Assembly (NCBI GenBank): GCA_051294905.1
Contig: CM119382.1
Coordinates: 11,036,001-11,100,000, forward strand
Direction of reading: 5' to 3'
Length of the DNA: 64,000 bases
Source: Botryllus schlosseri
Taxonomy: Eukaryota
Both the position numbers and the translations under genes were made by a program. How positions within the stretch are numbered: the stretch's first letter is position 1; every line of letters starts with the position of its first letter. Shown here piece after piece: positions 62,670 through 64,000 of this stretch. The notes under the pieces were generated by a model, which was given only the letters and a program-made list of their open reading frames with translations, did no database searches and was not told the origin of the DNA.

Positions 62670-63651
62670 GTAAGTTAAGCAGGCCTTTACAATGCTTGGA
62701 AATAGCGCGGTAAATACCCGTGTACTCAGCTAAATTCCGGTTGGCATTATCCATATTTTGTGGTCTCGTGACAGACGTTCAGTAAGTCTTTTTGAGTGCC
62801 TTAAAACACATCACTCATTTGTCCAAGAATGTCGCGTAATCGAACGTTTTCTTTCCATAGTAGAGAATTGTTCGAATTAATCGAACTATTCGATACAACG
62901 CATAGCTTTTTAAAGTATCGTGTGAAATTTTGTCAAAAATGAGTCCTGACAACCGCTAAAAGCTCTAATACACCGCATTAGAGTTTGAGTCACAAATCGG
63001 ACAGTCGTCTTTTTCCAGACATACTTAGATGTCGAAATATGATGCGATCAGCATTACTTATTGATGAAGACTGTTGATGTGTAGGGCACTGAACATGTAA
63101 GCCTGTACATTTGTATGTGTTCTTGTTTGCAGAACTATTTCATGTTATAGTAGCTGGAATACTAGGCCAAAAATCAAATCCAAATCTACGAAAATTGTAG
63201 TTCTAAGTTGAATAGGCTGATTAAAAACTCCTTGCTGTTCTCAAGCCAAGCTTGGCTGTCCACGATGGACCGTGCCCAAAATGTAAATCTACTAATAAAT
63301 ACCTCCTTCAATATGACTTGCTATGATATCCGAGAAGAATCAACCCGAAAATCAACTGAATCTCAAAAAGCGTAGTCCTAATCCCAATTTCTGCTAAAAA
63401 TACTCGCTTAATTTCAACAGTCCAAACGCATGCATCTTTTACGGGAGAGAAGCGTAGGCCTACAATCTACATGCAATGCCTCTTCATTCTTTCGTAGTAG
63501 GAATTCTATGTCTGACTGTGACTTTTAGACCCTGTCAAAAGTCCCAACCAATTCAAGTCCAAATATGCACACTCACACAGCTACCTGTGTCACCCACAGC
63601 AACTTTACTGTACATAAATTTTGAAATCTAAATTTTGAAATCTATTTCCAG

Positions 63652-63905
63652 ACTACAGAGACCCGCTACTGCACCACACCCACCCCGGGCACGGTGACGT
63701 GGTCAGGTGGCCGGAACACCGCTACGAACAGCCGCTGCCTCAAATCCCGCACTGTTCGACCATCGCGTCCACCGCGTCCGGGCATTACAACCACCTACAC
63801 GAGCACTACCCCAGCGGTAGCCATCACCATTTAGTGCCGCCCGGCGGTTGCAGCCACCAGCGTAACAACCACCATTACGAGACCATGGACCTGCCGCTGT
63901 GCAAG
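63652..63905 (+). CDS. ADGRL: Exon 20: His-rich cytoplasmic tail (DYRDPLLHHTH...HHYETMDLPLCK); gene probably continues past window
   Basis: tatttccag|AC ... AAG|gtaagc strong donor. Read-through would end VKHE* at 63962, with no PDZ-type terminus. Confidence 0.88.
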
Positions 63906-64000
63906 GTAAGCAGGATTGAACTATTCATAACTAACCTACAGATAGATGTGAAACACGAGTAAGTAGTAGGCTTATAGTTTCGATAAGTCGCAAGGTAAAG

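Larger units (their letters stand above)
11693..63905 (+). other. ADGRL: Latrophilin / adhesion GPCR L (ADGRL/LPHN-like) gene span: 20 coding exons in window, 1286 codons, probably 3'-incomplete
   Basis: Exon lengths 61,119,86,110,109,163,200,163,468,127,131,584,267,115,215,147,172,187,180,254 sum to 3858 nt with matching phases at all 19 GT-AG introns. The translation gives SP-RBL-OLF-STP-HormR-GAIN/GPS-7TM-tail, the latrophilin architecture. Confidence 0.96.

Noticed and set aside
1-64000. CRISPR arrays, rRNA/tRNA genes, autonomous transposase or reverse-transcriptase ORFs
   Set aside because: No regularly spaced repeat-spacer array, no cloverleaf or rRNA signature recognised, and no long non-exonic ORF. 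The sequence is eukaryotic and intron-rich.

Overview
Eukaryotic, AT-rich genomic DNA with little visible CpG depletion. It is most plausibly an invertebrate chordate such as an ascidian (inference: an olfactomedin-containing latrophilin plus many MITE-like repeats). From about 11.7 kb onward the window holds one + strand latrophilin (ADGRL/LPHN-type adhesion GPCR) gene. I reconstructed 20 coding exons by hand (11693-63905, 3858 nt = 1286 codons). All introns are GT-AG and every junction phase is consistent. Domain order: signal peptide, 8-Cys RBL/Gal-lectin domain, olfactomedin, Ser/Thr/Pro stalk, HormR, GAIN/GPS, 7TM, cytoplasmic tail. The last exon(s) probably lie beyond the window. The most notable observation is a second, internal signal-peptide exon (47942-48026) inside the 19.3-kb RBL-OLF intron. 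It splices in frame onto the first olfactomedin exon and predicts a lectin-less receptor isoform from an internal promoter. The receptor also has deviant tethered-agonist and TM6/TM7 activation motifs and lacks the basic OLF loops seen in vertebrate latrophilins. Introns and flanks carry many non-autonomous DNA-transposon-like repeats, including two hAT-type MITEs with perfect 8-bp TSDs. No prokaryotic features, CRISPR arrays, rRNA or tRNA genes were recognised. Nearly all ORFs in the supplied track outside the exons look spurious.
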